A stretch of DNA of 64,000 bases, taken from NCBI RefSeq assembly GCF_036588685.1, contig NC_086376.1, positions 61,256,001 to 61,320,000 of the forward strand, in the 5' to 3' direction. The DNA is from Mytilus trossulus (lineage: Eukaryota). The notes under the pieces are model-generated. The model made no database searches. It saw nothing but the letters and a program-made list of their open reading frames with translations, and was not told the origin of the DNA. The position numbers and the translations under genes were made by a program. This document shows, piece by piece, positions 38,276 through 51,155 of the stretch (position 1 is its first letter; the number at the start of each line of letters is the position of its first letter).

Positions 38276-39563
38276 TGGTTTATTACATCAGTACATGTGA
38301 GTTTTACAGGTAAAAAGAAAGCCCTTTTTTTTCTCAAACTCGTGTATTTCTTATCTAGTGAATTAAAAAAGCTTTGCGATTTAAATTTCACAGGATGTTG
38401 CGACTTTGAATAAATGTTATTTAGAATTCAAAACTCTCTGGTAGATGTGATCTTTTTCTTATTCTTACAGTTGATGTTGTACTTCGTGACATGGATTTGT
38501 TTTCTCGCAATATGTCTATGACTTTTGATCGAAAGTATACTACTGTTGCCTTATTTATATATCAATCTGTAACCTTCCAACTGATTTAGTGTTCAACGTC
38601 ACAATCAGTCTGCAAAAAGCATGACCTTTTACAGTTAAGTTTTGAAGAGTCGTATTTACATTTACATGCATTAAAAATAAAACGATTGCCAAAATTATGA
38701 TGTTGTTGTTGTTATTGGTTTTGGGAGGTGGCTTAGTTATGTAGTAATTGCTCCTTAAATTCATATATATAAATATTATGTATATATACTTTCAGTCTTT
38801 AATTTTATTTTTAGTATTAAGTTTTGTCGTGTAACTATATGAAACTTTGACGAACATGGTTGACTGAATTACTAGGAAATATATATATATTGAGAGACAA
38901 AAAAAAGCAAAAAAAACCCACACATATCAGAAGGTACATGTACTATGAAAAATTATTATGTGAAATCGTGTAAGTCAAAAGGGCTCTACATGACCATGCA
39001 GCAATACTGCCTAATCCAATCTGTGTATATATGTGAACGTCAAGATAAGAGACAGACTTAATTGTATCGTGTATCCAGTTAATGGAAAAGTTGGAAAAGA
39101 TGTGTTCAGCATAGTCACAAAAAATTGCACTACTCAGTAAGAGAAAAACATTTTCTTAGTATATAGCAACAAAAAAGTTAATGAATACTGCCAACATTTT
39201 TTCTTTCATCATCAAAAGTTCCTGTATAAAGTCATTTTCCAGTGAAATAAGGAAAACCTCGCAAAGAATAGTAATTTCATTTCCATGTGATAAGTAAGGT
39301 TTAATATCTTGCATGGGGTTTTTTTCTTTCGAAAATGTTGGCTTTTGTTTCTCGTTTTATCTTTTTGGTCGCAGTAATTCGTCCACAAATGGTTTTCAAT
39401 TGAAATGTTTATATCTCTATATTTCCATTAAATGGTATTATAGAAAACAAAACGTGCATGAAAAATCAAGAAGAAAAAGATTTATATTTATTTTAATATT
39501 CATAAACCATTATAAAAAAATCTATAAAACATCGACATCAATTCATCATGGACTTCTTGGATT

Positions 39564-41719
39564 CTAATATGTTCCTTTTTTACCTGCAATGACAAAAATA
39601 ATGTTGAAATAATAGCTGATTGCATTGCATTATTAAAGAAAGATTTCAGTTCATATTCTCAAAAGATTTTGTTAAATGTACATTCCGCTAAAATTTCTCA
39701 AACTTTCAGTTTTATGTCTTCTACGGTCGTTCATATCTGTTCTTATTCTTCCGTACATCTCCTTCTTTTCCTTCAGTTTTTCAGGTTTGATTTAAATAAT
39801 TGGTATTAAATTAATCTAAATAATTTTCAAATCAAACAAAAAGAATGCACAAGGTTTATGGAAAACGACTTGTCGCATACAATTTCAAAGCTTATTTCAA
39901 ATTTTTCAAAACCTTTCAAATCAATAAAATTGAGAAAGGAAATGGTAAATATGTCAAAGCGACAACCACCCGACCATAGAGCAAACAACAGTCGAAGGCA
40001 ACCAATGGGTCATCAATGTAGCGAGAATTCCCGCACCCGTAGGTGTCCTTCAGCTGGCCCCTAAAATATGCATAATAGTACAGTGATAATGGACGTCATA
40101 CTAAACTCCGAATTATACACAAGAAACTCAAATTTAAAATCATACAAGACTAACAAAGGCCAGAGGCTCCTGACTTGGGACAGGCGCAAAATTGCGGCGG
40201 GGTTAAACATGTTTATGATATCTCAATCCTCCCCCTATACCTCTAGCCAATGTAGAAAAGTAAAAGAATAACAATACGCACATTAAAATTCAGTTCAAGA
40301 GAAGTCCGAGTCCGATGTCAAAAGATGTAACAAAAGAAAATAAATAAAATGACAATAATACATAAATAACAACCGACTACTAGCAGTTAACTGACATGCC
40401 AGCTCCAGACCTTAATTAAACTGATTGAAAGAGTATGCCTTCATCATATGAATATCAGGTACAATCCCTCCCGTTAGGGGTTTAGTATCATACTATCATA
40501 AAATATATGAAAAGAACATAACCCGTGTCATGCCAACAACTGTGTTTTTAGAAATAAATGTGTTTAGTTTCATGTTCATTTGTTTATACCTTGCTATGCT
40601 TAAGTCTTAGTTTAGAAATATCAATAAAGTCTCCATAGAGTGAAGCATAAGCAATCAATGTAATATTGTAACAAAGTATTTTACCATATACCACCAAAAG
40701 TTATAAATTATCCAATTCATTCATCATGCGGCATGATTTGTTTAACGATTTCCTTTCACACATATTCGTTTGTCGGAACAACGTGACGAACGAATGTCAT
40801 TTTGTATGAAACCCTCTTAAGTTACAAGCTGGCAACTGTATTTGTATTATAATTAGAAAATTTCACATTTACATAACAACTTTTTCTTCTTTTTAGTGAT
40901 GTAGGATTACTTACCTCCAAATTTACCAAAACTGCTCAATCCACTTAGACCTCGTCTTCCATTTATTAGTCCACCATTCACACCAATACCATTACCATTC
41001 AAACCACCAATACCATTACCATTCAAACCACCTACACCGTATGATCCAGAACCATTTAAACCACCAATACCATGAGATTTATAACCATTCAAACCTCCAA
41101 AACCGGATGATCCAAAACCATTTAAACTACCAATACCACCAATACCATATGATCCAAAGTTATTCAAACCACCATATGATCCGAAACCATTCAAACCCTC
41201 ATATGATCCAAAACCATTCAAACCACCAATACCATATGTTCCGTAATTGTTTGCACCACCGTATGCCCCATTAATACCATATGCTCCATAACCATTCAAA
41301 TTGTTATATCCTTCAATTCCTCGACCGAATCCATTACCATTAAAAAGTCCGATATTTTTACCGTTAAAACCGTAATTTTCATTACCACTGAATCCGTTCA
41401 ATCCTCTGCCATGTAGATATCTGTATCCAGGATATCCACTTTGAATACTATATCCATTGTATCCAGCAATACCACCAATGTTTAATGGTGAACCGTAACC
41501 ATAGGCGTTGTTGGAATATCCCCCGTATCCGTATCCTGATCTACCATAAGTTGGATATCCAAATCCACTATATCCTTGGTATCCAAAACTAGCAATATTA
41601 CCTGGTCCGAATGGATTTCCATATGTTTTCAGGTTATGTGTGGGACTGTATCCTTTTTCACCGGCCTCCGATGCAACGAGTCCGAAAAGCACAAAAGAAA
41701 TCAATACTATTGGTGTCAT
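39564..41719 (-). CDS. Secreted Gly/Tyr/Asn-rich protein, copy 3 (about 274 aa); coding exons 41719-40915 and 39583-39564
   Basis: The true start is MTPIVLISFVLFGLVASEA (acceptor at 41731). Same donor and acceptor as copy 1, giving ...GKFGGKKGTY*. AATAAA lies about 75 nt past the stop. Confidence 0.9.
39924..40571 (+). mobile_element. Dispersed repeat inserted in the last intron of copy 3
   Basis: Absent from the matching intron of copy 4 (tcaaatcaatgttcatttg at about 49390). Starts aataaaattgagaaaggaaatgg like other copies. Confidence 0.85.
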
Positions 41720-41940
41720 GTTTGTTGGTTCTGAAACGATTTTCAATAATTCGTCAAAATAAAAAAAATAATAATAAAACCTTTAAAACATAAACAAAAA
41801 CGGATCACCGAAAATGCTTAAGTAGATTAATGAAAGATAAAAGTTGTAAATAAAATATTGAGTTATGACGAATTATGACGATTAACATGATCTTTTGTGA
41901 GAGAAAGACGAATATCTTTTAAAGCAAATCAAGTACTTAC

Positions 41941-42260
41941 CTCTGTAATGATCTATGCTGGTGTGTTCCTTGTGATACGTATTGTTTACTGCGTCTTATA
42001 TAATATACTCACTGACCACACATTATGTTATAATCAGTTATAAAATAAACATTTAACAATGATAAACCTGTAAAGTGGGTTTAATTAACAAACAAAACCC
42101 CCAAAAAAACGGTTTACCACAATGATAGAAAATATTGTCATCAATTATTTGTTGCTATTATTTTACCCTTTGTTATCTTGGTTTAGGGACTTTCACCTAT
42201 TAGTAATATTTGAAATTCATATAATACAAGTGTAATTCAGTATTAGGAAAATTTCCCATT
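41941..42260 (-). promoter_or_regulatory. Non-coding exon 1 (donor at 41941) and promoter of copy 3
   Basis: agag|gtaagt donor, TATATAA at 41996-42002, conserved upstream blocks. Confidence 0.75.
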
Positions 42261-44085
42261 TTATTTAAGTATTCGTACACATTCATTGATATCCAAGTTG
42301 TGTATTTCTAATTATTTGTGTCGTTTAATGTTGTTTCATTTTTTGCATTTTTAACACTGTATTTGCAATTGATCTATTCAGACTCGGACTTTTTAAACCA
42401 ACGTTAACTGAGTTAAAAGTTTAGCTAGCTTAAAATTCAGGTTTAATCCACCATTTTCCTAGTCATAAAATGCATGTTTCAAATTCAGGAATATGCCAGT
42501 TATTATCCGTTCGTTTTGATGTGTTTGAGCTTTTGATTTTGCAATTTGCTGAGGGAATTTCCGTTTTAAATTCCCTTGGAGTTCGTAAATACATTTTTTT
42601 TACTTTACTTCTTGCATTCATTTTCATTTTTTTTTTAAGAAGTTGAATTATGATTTTATTCTTTTGGAAATGTATAAACAATCGTCTACATAACAATGTG
42701 TAGAAATACTAAAGACCGAATGACATGAAACCATGCAAAATCAGGGATGATACAATGTACTCTTGAAGGTCTTTCATATCCTGCTCCAAACATATCACCT
42801 GCTGTATCGTTCATGGTAATGGCATACTCTTACAAAACGTTAGTCAGATGTATACCTGTGTAGAACGTTTATACAATAAAGGCGAAAATTACTAGAGGAA
42901 CAGTCAAACTCATATATTGAAAATAAACTGACAACGCCATGGTTAAAACTGATAAAAACAAAACAGATAATAGTACGTGAGAAACAACATAAAAAAACTG
43001 AAAACTGAGAGTCGAGAACCCCACCCCAATCTGGGGGTATGATTGTGTGTCTCTCATAAAGGCATTGTGTCTATCTCGGTTGCTCATTCCATTTTTTTAC
43101 TGAACTATAATAACTGTTATATAATTCGGAGGATAAATAACCGATAGCACACCTTTTAATAAACCATTTTCTTCGGGGCATGCATTACCAAATAATGAAT
43201 ATAACATTTACCCGTTGGTTGATAACGTTAAATTTGGTTAGTTTTCATGGCTATCTCCCCTTTTTCAATTTATTTTCCGGCTCGGCGTGTTTGTTTCTTT
43301 TTCTTATATCGTATCAGCTGGAAATTATAAATTTCATATGCTAGAGTGTTGCTACAAACAAATGAAAAATAACAAAAGCTGAAATATATTTTTTTTTTAT
43401 TTCATTTTGTTTATCTCTTGCACGAACAGTAAGCTACTTTTTGGGGTAACAACATTGTTTACAAAACTGTTCGACGACAGAGAAACTCATTCCAAATGAT
43501 AGTTTTTTGGAATTTGAATTTGAAACCAAATTTAATACCCAGAAAAAAATCGAAATGAATTATTTGTCTCACAACAAAATACAATGAAAATTTTGCCATA
43601 AGCTGTCAAACGTACATTCAAATTCCCAGCTACCCTTTCCTTTGTTATGAGTTCAACTATTTTAAAAACATTCATGTTCTTTATGATATATTTTTGTCAA
43701 AATTATATGTTTTATTTTCACAAGCCATCTCTGACCTAAAAATGTATAAATACAATATATTTATATTTACTATTCTTTAATAACATAAAATAATTTGACA
43801 CTTCTAACCAATACTGTAGAAATGTCATAGATTCGAAAATCACAAAACAGCAAATATTGAGAATGTTTCATAAACCGCAAATATAGAAATGAAGAACACT
43901 TTTTTGGTTTATGTAAAAATATATCATTAATTACAATATCTTCATTGTGGTTAACCTTGAAAACATAAATAGTCTATTGCAATGGTTCTTTGTTGCTTTG
44001 TGTCTTTTTTTTTAACAAATATTATCAGAAATTGAAAATGTTTCATAAATAAACTTATCATAGATACCAGGACTAAATTTAGTAT

Positions 44086-44129
44086 ACGCCAGACGCGCGT
44101 TTCGTCTACAGAAGACTCATCAGTGACGC
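44086..44129 (-). ncRNA. Minimal type I hammerhead ribozyme
   Basis: Minus strand reads gcgtca CTGATGA gtct-tctgt-agac GAAA c-gcgc-GTC tggcgt. Confidence 0.93.
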
Positions 44130-44448
44130 TCGAATCTAAAAAAGATAACAAGGCCAAATAAAGAAGAAAGTTGAAGAGCATTGAGGACCAAAACTCCTAA
44201 AAGTTTTGACACATACATATAAGGTAATATTTGCCTAAGGTAGAAAAGTCTTAGTATTTCAAAAAATTCTAAAATTTGTTAACAGTAAATTTATAAATAT
44301 AAAAATATCAATGACAATTCATGTCAGCACAAAAAGTGATGACTACTTGGCCTGTGATACCCTCGGGGAAATAAGTCTCCACCAGCAGTGGCATCGACCC
44401 TGTTGTTGTAAATAAACTAATTATAGATACCAGGACTTAATTTAGTAT

Positions 44449-44492
44449 ACACCAGACGCGCGTTTCGTCTACAGAAGACTCATCAGTGACGC
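44449..44492 (-). ncRNA. Minimal type I hammerhead ribozyme
   Basis: Same core; the 3' stem I strand is tggtgt (G-U wobble). Confidence 0.92.
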
Positions 44493-44935
44493 TCGAAACC
44501 GCTAATATAATAGTGGATAACACTTTTTTGTTGTTTAAGTACAAATAAATAATTTATTACACTATTATCTTCGCTGTGGTTAACCTTGAAAACACATATC
44601 GTCTATGGTCGTTCGTTGCTTTATGTATTTTTAATAATTATCAAAACTTGCGGTTTGTGATTACAGTATATAGGTCACAGCGTTTACAGAATTTTGTCAT
44701 TGCTAACTTAAATTGTTTATAGCTCGCAAAAAAGCAGGTTCAACATTTATTCCGTGTGACGATTTCTGAAGTCATGATGTTGCATAATAATATTGATGAT
44801 AGGATAGGAATAACTTAAATTTAGGGATCGGATTCGGGTTTTGAGGGTTCTATTTTGAATTTTTGTGATGATTGTTTTGAGTTCTGGGTTTTTTTTTCTT
44901 TTTAAGCGAGTGTATGGTATCCGAAATTAAACATA

Positions 44936-45170
44936 CACAGGCAAATTTCACTCACATCGATTTCACGTAAATTTAAATTAACTTGATTTCACTTGAAATT
45001 CATGTAAAAATTCACATCAGATTTACGTAAATTTCAATTCACGTGAAATTCACATGAACATTTTCACGTAAGTTTCATGTATAAGCTTGTTTGAGGTGAA
45101 TATCAAGTGAAATTTTCATATTAATTTCATGTTAGATTCATATGAAATTCATGTGGGCAAATTGCCTGTG
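44936..45170. mobile_element. MITE with TA TSD and internal ttcac(g/a)t repeats
   Basis: TA|CACAGGCAA ... TTGCCTGTG|TA. Confidence 0.8.
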
Positions 45171-46224
45171 TATATTCAACATATTTTCTGTACGTGTTTA
45201 GCTATTGGGGTATAAAAATATGCATTTTTTCTTGGAGTTAATGAAGGTCAAAATTAATACATTAAATATATTCAGAATTGAAGATTAAGTTTTGCCATTT
45301 GAATAGGGATTTTCCGTTTCGAATTTTCCTTAAAGTGCATTATTTTGTGATCTTACTTTTTATGTGTGTAAAAAATAACGAGAACACATACTGTGTTGAA
45401 ACAGAAATTATCAAGATAATTGATCTGTTTATTTTAGCCATTTTAGAGTGTTATCCAATGCGCAGTGGTCATTTCCATAAAAATATGGTGTGCTTCTCTT
45501 ATTTCTGTTTAGTTCTTTTATTGAAATGAGAAAGGGAATAGAGATTAACAAAATGAATGTAAAGTTAGCATTATATCTCAATTTGACTGTGATTTCAACA
45601 AGGCTTTTCCACGTCCACTTGTATTTTTGTCCATCTGATGAGTTAAGCCTTTTTCAACTGATTTTTATAGTTCGTTCTTATGTTGTACTGTTATACCACT
45701 GTCCCAGGTTAGGGGAATAGTTGGAATCCCGCTAACATGTTTAACCCCGCCATATTATTTATGTATGTGCCTGTCCCAAGTCAAGAGCCTGTAAATTCAG
45801 TGGTTGTCGTTTGTTTATGTGTTACATATTTGTTTTTTCGTTAATTTTTTTTTACATAAATAAGGCCGTTAGTTTTCTCGTTAGAATTGTTTTACGTTGT
45901 CTTATCGGGACCTTTTATAGCTGACTATGCGGTATGGGCTTTGTTCATTGTTAAAGGCCGTACGGTGACCTATAGTTGTTAATGTCTGTGTCATTTTGGT
46001 CTTTTGTGGATAGTTGTCTCATTGGCAATCATACCACATCTTCTTTTTTATATTTTCAGAATCTGCACTGTTCATTTTCAGAAAATTAAAGTTAACTCGA
46101 CTCATACTCTACTGACATATTAGACATATGTGAAATGTACCGAAAATTCAGAATTCAAACCACAAACAATAAGACATAACACAATATCTAACCGAACCCA
46201 CAACAGAAAGATTATAATGAATGT

Positions 46225-46692
46225 GACCTACCAAATTAGACTATTTACCGGATTTGTTAATACATGAGCAACACGACGGGTGCCACATGTGGAGCAGGAT
46301 CTGCTTACCCTTCCGGAGCACCTGAGATCACCCCTAGTTTTTGGTGCGGTTGGGTTGCTTATTCTTTAGTTTTCTATGTTGTGTCATGTGTACTATTGCT
46401 TGTCTTTTTTTTCTTTTTTCATTTTTAGCCATGGCATTGTCAATAGATATAGGAAGATGTGGTTTGAGTGCCAATGAGACAACTCTCCATCCAAATAACA
46501 ATTTAAAAAGTAAACCATTATAGATTAAAGGATGGCCTTCAACACGGAACCTTGGCTCATACCGAACAACAAGCTACAAAGGGCCCCAAAATTACTAGTG
46601 TAAAACTATTCAAACGGGAAAACCAACGGTCTAATCTATATAAACAAAACGTCAGTTTATTTTGGATTTATGAGTTTGATCGTCCCTCTTTT
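46225..46692 (+). mobile_element. Penelope-like 3' UTR fragment with a nested short repeat (about 46445-46650)
   Basis: Matches 37552-37826; the match breaks after gccatggcattgtca and resumes at gtcagtttattt. Confidence 0.8.
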
Positions 46693-49035
46693 ATAACTAG
46701 ATACCTGAATGTTGGATGAATAAATACCGAAACACGTCGTATAGCAATGCAAATTCACAAGCCAAAACACAGTACTATTCGGAAAAAGGTCACGTTCGGT
46801 AATTAGCAGAAGAAGACATAGATTTCAAACCACAATCTAAGCAGACGTGGTCAAGGGTCGTTAATTAATTTCAGCAATCATCATAAAGATCAACCAATTC
46901 ATGATGTTGCCCTAAAAGCAAACAAACAAACAATATAACATAACACACAACATAAACACCCAATGACTAAGCAACACGGACCCCCCCCCCCCTAAAACAT
47001 TGGGATGATCTAAGACAAACAGACAAACAATGCTACATAAAATATTAACCCGGCAAGTCTAATTTACGGAGTCTCATGAAAACCATTTTTGATACCTGTG
47101 GTAGTCGTGTTTTTAAACCAGTGTTCATTCTTATGGAAACCAAATGTGCCTTTGATTTTCTTCTAGTATTCTTATTCTTTCGTTAAAACAAGGTAAAATT
47201 CAGAGATGTGCTTTTCAAGATGAATTTCAAGAACATAGATTTATCCTTAAATTTGAGTTCATGTTGTATACTATTGTTTTCTCTTTGAATAATTCATAAT
47301 GAAAACAAGAAGATATGGTATAATTGTCAATGAGACAACCCCACATGGCATTGACGTAAGCAGATCCAGGTCACCCTACGACCATCGAAATGATAAAAAA
47401 CAATATCATCTACCTATATAAATCTAGAATATATCGCGCCATTCCAACTAATCTCAAAATAAGAGGATGTAATAGATAGTGTAGGTCTAATAATATCGCA
47501 AATAACATAACCTTGTCGAGGCACCTGGTCTTCATCAATTTTCGATTTCATGAGTCTCTTCTCATTTTGTAATTTGTTTTCAACTATTCTAGTAGATTTG
47601 AACTATTGACATTACAACTTGGTTTATTATATAGACATTAAAACATGGTGTATCATAACGAAACCTCTCCGTCGTAGATCTAAGTGCAATACCATGGTTT
47701 TAGTGTTTTGTTTTCATCTTTTTGTTGATTTTCAAGTTGACCAATCTTTTCTAGTGACGTGTAAAATATTATGTACTGTTTTGATTTTTTTTTGTTTTTT
47801 TTATAATAGAGTTCAGAAATTATTGCAGGGTTTTTATAAATGTGAATGGTGCGACTAGGTGCATTCCTACATCTGATACATTTTTCTAAGTAGACATTTT
47901 TCAAAAATCCCAATAATTTACTGTCACTTTTGTTAAATCTACAAATATTGAAATATTTTTTTATTTGCAGTTGTTGTCTCAGAATGAACGAAGTTTTTAT
48001 TTGCAAATCATACGTTGCCATATACCGTTCTCTTTTCTTCGACATCACCGAATAATGAAACAAAAATAAAAAGTATATCTGGAATGAGCAACACAGAAGT
48101 GTTTCGCAAAAGCAGAAGGCTAGTTCAATATGATTTCAACTTATATCTAACCATGGTTGTCAGACTTATATTGTTTCTTAAAATGTCCTGAACCAAGTCA
48201 GTTAACTATTGTTTCGTTGTTTTATTCTTACACTTGATGTTGTACTTCGTGAAATTGGTTTGTTTTCTCTCAATCTGTTTATGACTTTTAATCGGAGGTA
48301 TACTACTGTTGCTTTTATTTATATATCAATCAGGAACCTTCCATCTGATTTAGTGTTCAACGTCACAATCAGTTTGCAAAATGCATGACTTTTTACAGTT
48401 AAGTTTTGAGGAGCCGTATTTATATTTACATGCAATAAAAATAAAACGACTGCCAAAATTATGATGTGATATTATGTTAGTCATAAGGACGCTACATGAC
48501 CATGCAGTAATACTGCTTTATCCAACTTGTCTATAAATGTGAACGTCAAGATAAGATACAGACTTAATTGTATCTCGTCTGCAGTTTAATGGGAAAGATG
48601 CTTTCAGCTTAGTCACCAAAAATTGTATTATTCAGCAAGAGAAAATCATTTATATAGCAAAATGAAAAGTTAATGGATACTGCCAACATCTGTTCTTCTT
48701 CATCAGACGTTTCTGTATAAAGTCAGGCTCCTGTGAAATAAGGAAAACCTCGCCAATAATTGTTATTTCATTTCCATGTGATAAGCAAGGTTTATTTTCT
48801 CGAAAATGTTTTGTTGGCTTTTGTTTCTCATTTTACCTTTTTGGTCGCAATAATTCGTTCACATATTGTTTTCAATTGAATTGCTTCTCTATATTTCCAT
48901 TAAATGGTACTATAGAAAACAAAACGTGCATGAAAAATCAAGAAGAAAGAGATTAAAATTTATTTTAATATACATAAACCATTATAAAAAAAACTGTAAA
49001 ACATTGACATCAATTCATCATGGACTTCTTGAATC

Positions 49036-50630
49036 CTAATATGTTCCTTTTTTACCTGCAATGATGAAAACAATGTTCAAATAATAAGGTGATTGCATTG
49101 CATTATTAAAGGAAGATTTCAGTTCATATTCTCAAAAGATTTTGTTAAATGAACATTCCGCTAAAATTGCTCCAAAAAAACTTTCGGTTTTATGTCTCCT
49201 ACGGTTGTTCGTATCTTTTCTTATTCTTCCGTACATCTCCTACTTTTCCTTCAGTTTTTTATGTTTTATTTAGATAATTGGTATCAAAATAACTTTCAAA
49301 TCAAACGAAAAAAATGCACAAGGTTAATGGAAAACGACTTGCCCCATACAATTTCAAAACTTATTTAAAAAAAATCAAAACCTTTCAAATCAATGTTCAT
49401 TTGTTTATTCCTTGCTATGCTTTAGACTTAGTGTATAATTAAAGATAAATTCTTCATAGAGTAAAGTATAAGCAATCAATTTAATATAGTAACAAAATAT
49501 TTTACCATATACCACCCCATCTTAAATAATTATCCAATACATTCATCATGGAGCATGATTTGTTTTCCGATTTCCTTTTACTCATATTCGTTTGTCGGAA
49601 CATTAATCTAAATCAATTAACGTGACGAACGAATGTCATTTTGAATGAAACACTTTCAAGTAACAAGTTGGCAATTATATTTGTATTAATATTATGAAAT
49701 TTCACATTTAAATAACAACTTTTTCCTCTAGTAGGATTACTTACCTCCAAATTTACCAAAACTGCTCAATCCACTTAGACCTCGTCTTCCATTTATTAGT
49801 CCACCATTGACACCAATGCCATTACCATTCAAACCACCAATACCGTATGATCCAAAACCATTTAAACCACCAATACTATAAGATCTATAACCATTCAAAC
49901 CACCAAAACCAGATGATCCAAAACCATTTAAACTACCAATACCACCAATACCATATGATGCAAAGTTATTCAAACCACCATATGATCCGATACCATTCAA
50001 ACCACCATATGATCCAAAACCATTTAAACCACCATATGATCCATAACTATTTAAACCACCAATACCATATGTTCCGTAATTTTTAGCACCACTGTATGCC
50101 CCATTTATACCATATGCTCCATAACCATTTAAACCACCAATACCATATGTTCCGTAATTGTTAGCACCACCGTATGCCCCATTAATACCATATGCTCCAT
50201 AACCATTTAAATTGTTATATCCTCCAATTCCTCGACCGAATCCATTACCATTGAAAGGTCCGATATGTTTACCATAAACACCGTAATTTCCGTTACCACT
50301 GAATCCGTTTAATCCTCTGCCATGTAAATATCCGTATCCAGGGTATCCACTTTGTACACTATATCCATTGTATTCATTATAACCGCCAATGTTTAATGGT
50401 GAACCGTAACCATATGCATTGTTGGAATATCCCCCGTATCCGTATCCTGATCTACCATAAGATGGATATCCAAATCCACCATGTCCTTGGTATCCCAAAC
50501 TACCAATATTACCTGGTCCGAATGGATTTCCATATGTTTTCAGGTTATGTTTGGGACTGTATCCTTTTTCACCAGCCTCCGATGCAACGAGTCCAAAAAG
50601 GGCAAAGGAAAGCAATACTATTGGTGTCAT
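49036..50630 (-). CDS. Secreted Gly/Tyr/Asn-rich protein, copy 4 (about 301 aa); coding exons 50630-49745 and 49055-49036
   Basis: Start MTPIVLLSFALFGLVASEA; same splice sites; ends ...GKFGGKKGTY*; closest to copy 3. Confidence 0.9.
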
Positions 50631-50826
50631 GTTTGTTGGTTCTGAAACGAATCCGTTAAATAAAAGAATAATTATAGTACCTTCAAAAATAAGCAAATAC
50701 GTATAATCGAAAATGAAATAAAAAAGTTGCAAATAAGATATTGAGATGTATATACAAAATATGACGTTAAACATGATCTTTTGTGAGAGAAAGACAATTA
50801 TCTTTTAAAGCAAATCAAGTGCTTAC

Positions 50827-51155
50827 CTCTGTAATGATCTATGCTGGTGTGTTCCTTGTGATACGTATTGTTTGCTACGTCTTTTATAATATACTCACTG
50901 ACCACAAATTTTGTTATAATCAGGTATAAAAAAGACATTTAACAATGATAAACCTTGTATTATAAAATTGGTTTTTATTCAAAAAAAGAAAGAAAAAAAG
51001 GTTAACCACAATGATAGAAAATGTTGTCATCAATTATTTGTTGCAATTGTTTTCTCCGTTATTCTCATCGTCGTGGTTTGGGTTATTTACCTATGAGTAA
51101 TATTTGATGTTCATATAATGCAAGTGTAATTCAGTATTACGAAAATTTCCCATTT
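50827..51155 (-). promoter_or_regulatory. Non-coding exon 1 (donor at 50827) and promoter of copy 4
   Basis: agag|gtaagc donor, TATAAAA at about 50882-50888, homologous to the copy 3 promoter. Confidence 0.75.

Larger units (their letters stand above)
44050..44496 (-). mobile_element. Complete retrozyme unit bounded by two hammerheads (363-nt monomer)
   Basis: An ~85-bp direct repeat at both ends, each containing the ribozyme; cleavage sites at 44455/44454 and 44092/44091. Confidence 0.9.

Noticed and set aside
47400-48063. ORF 47680..48063 and adjacent short frames
   Set aside because: No motif I recognise and no exon chain; the Lys/Ile-rich content is what AT-rich non-coding DNA produces.
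49737-50774. N-terminal extensions of ORFs 49737..50774, 40907..41746 and 17921..18790
   Set aside because: They run through splice acceptors into introns; paralog comparison and phase matching place the true starts elsewhere.
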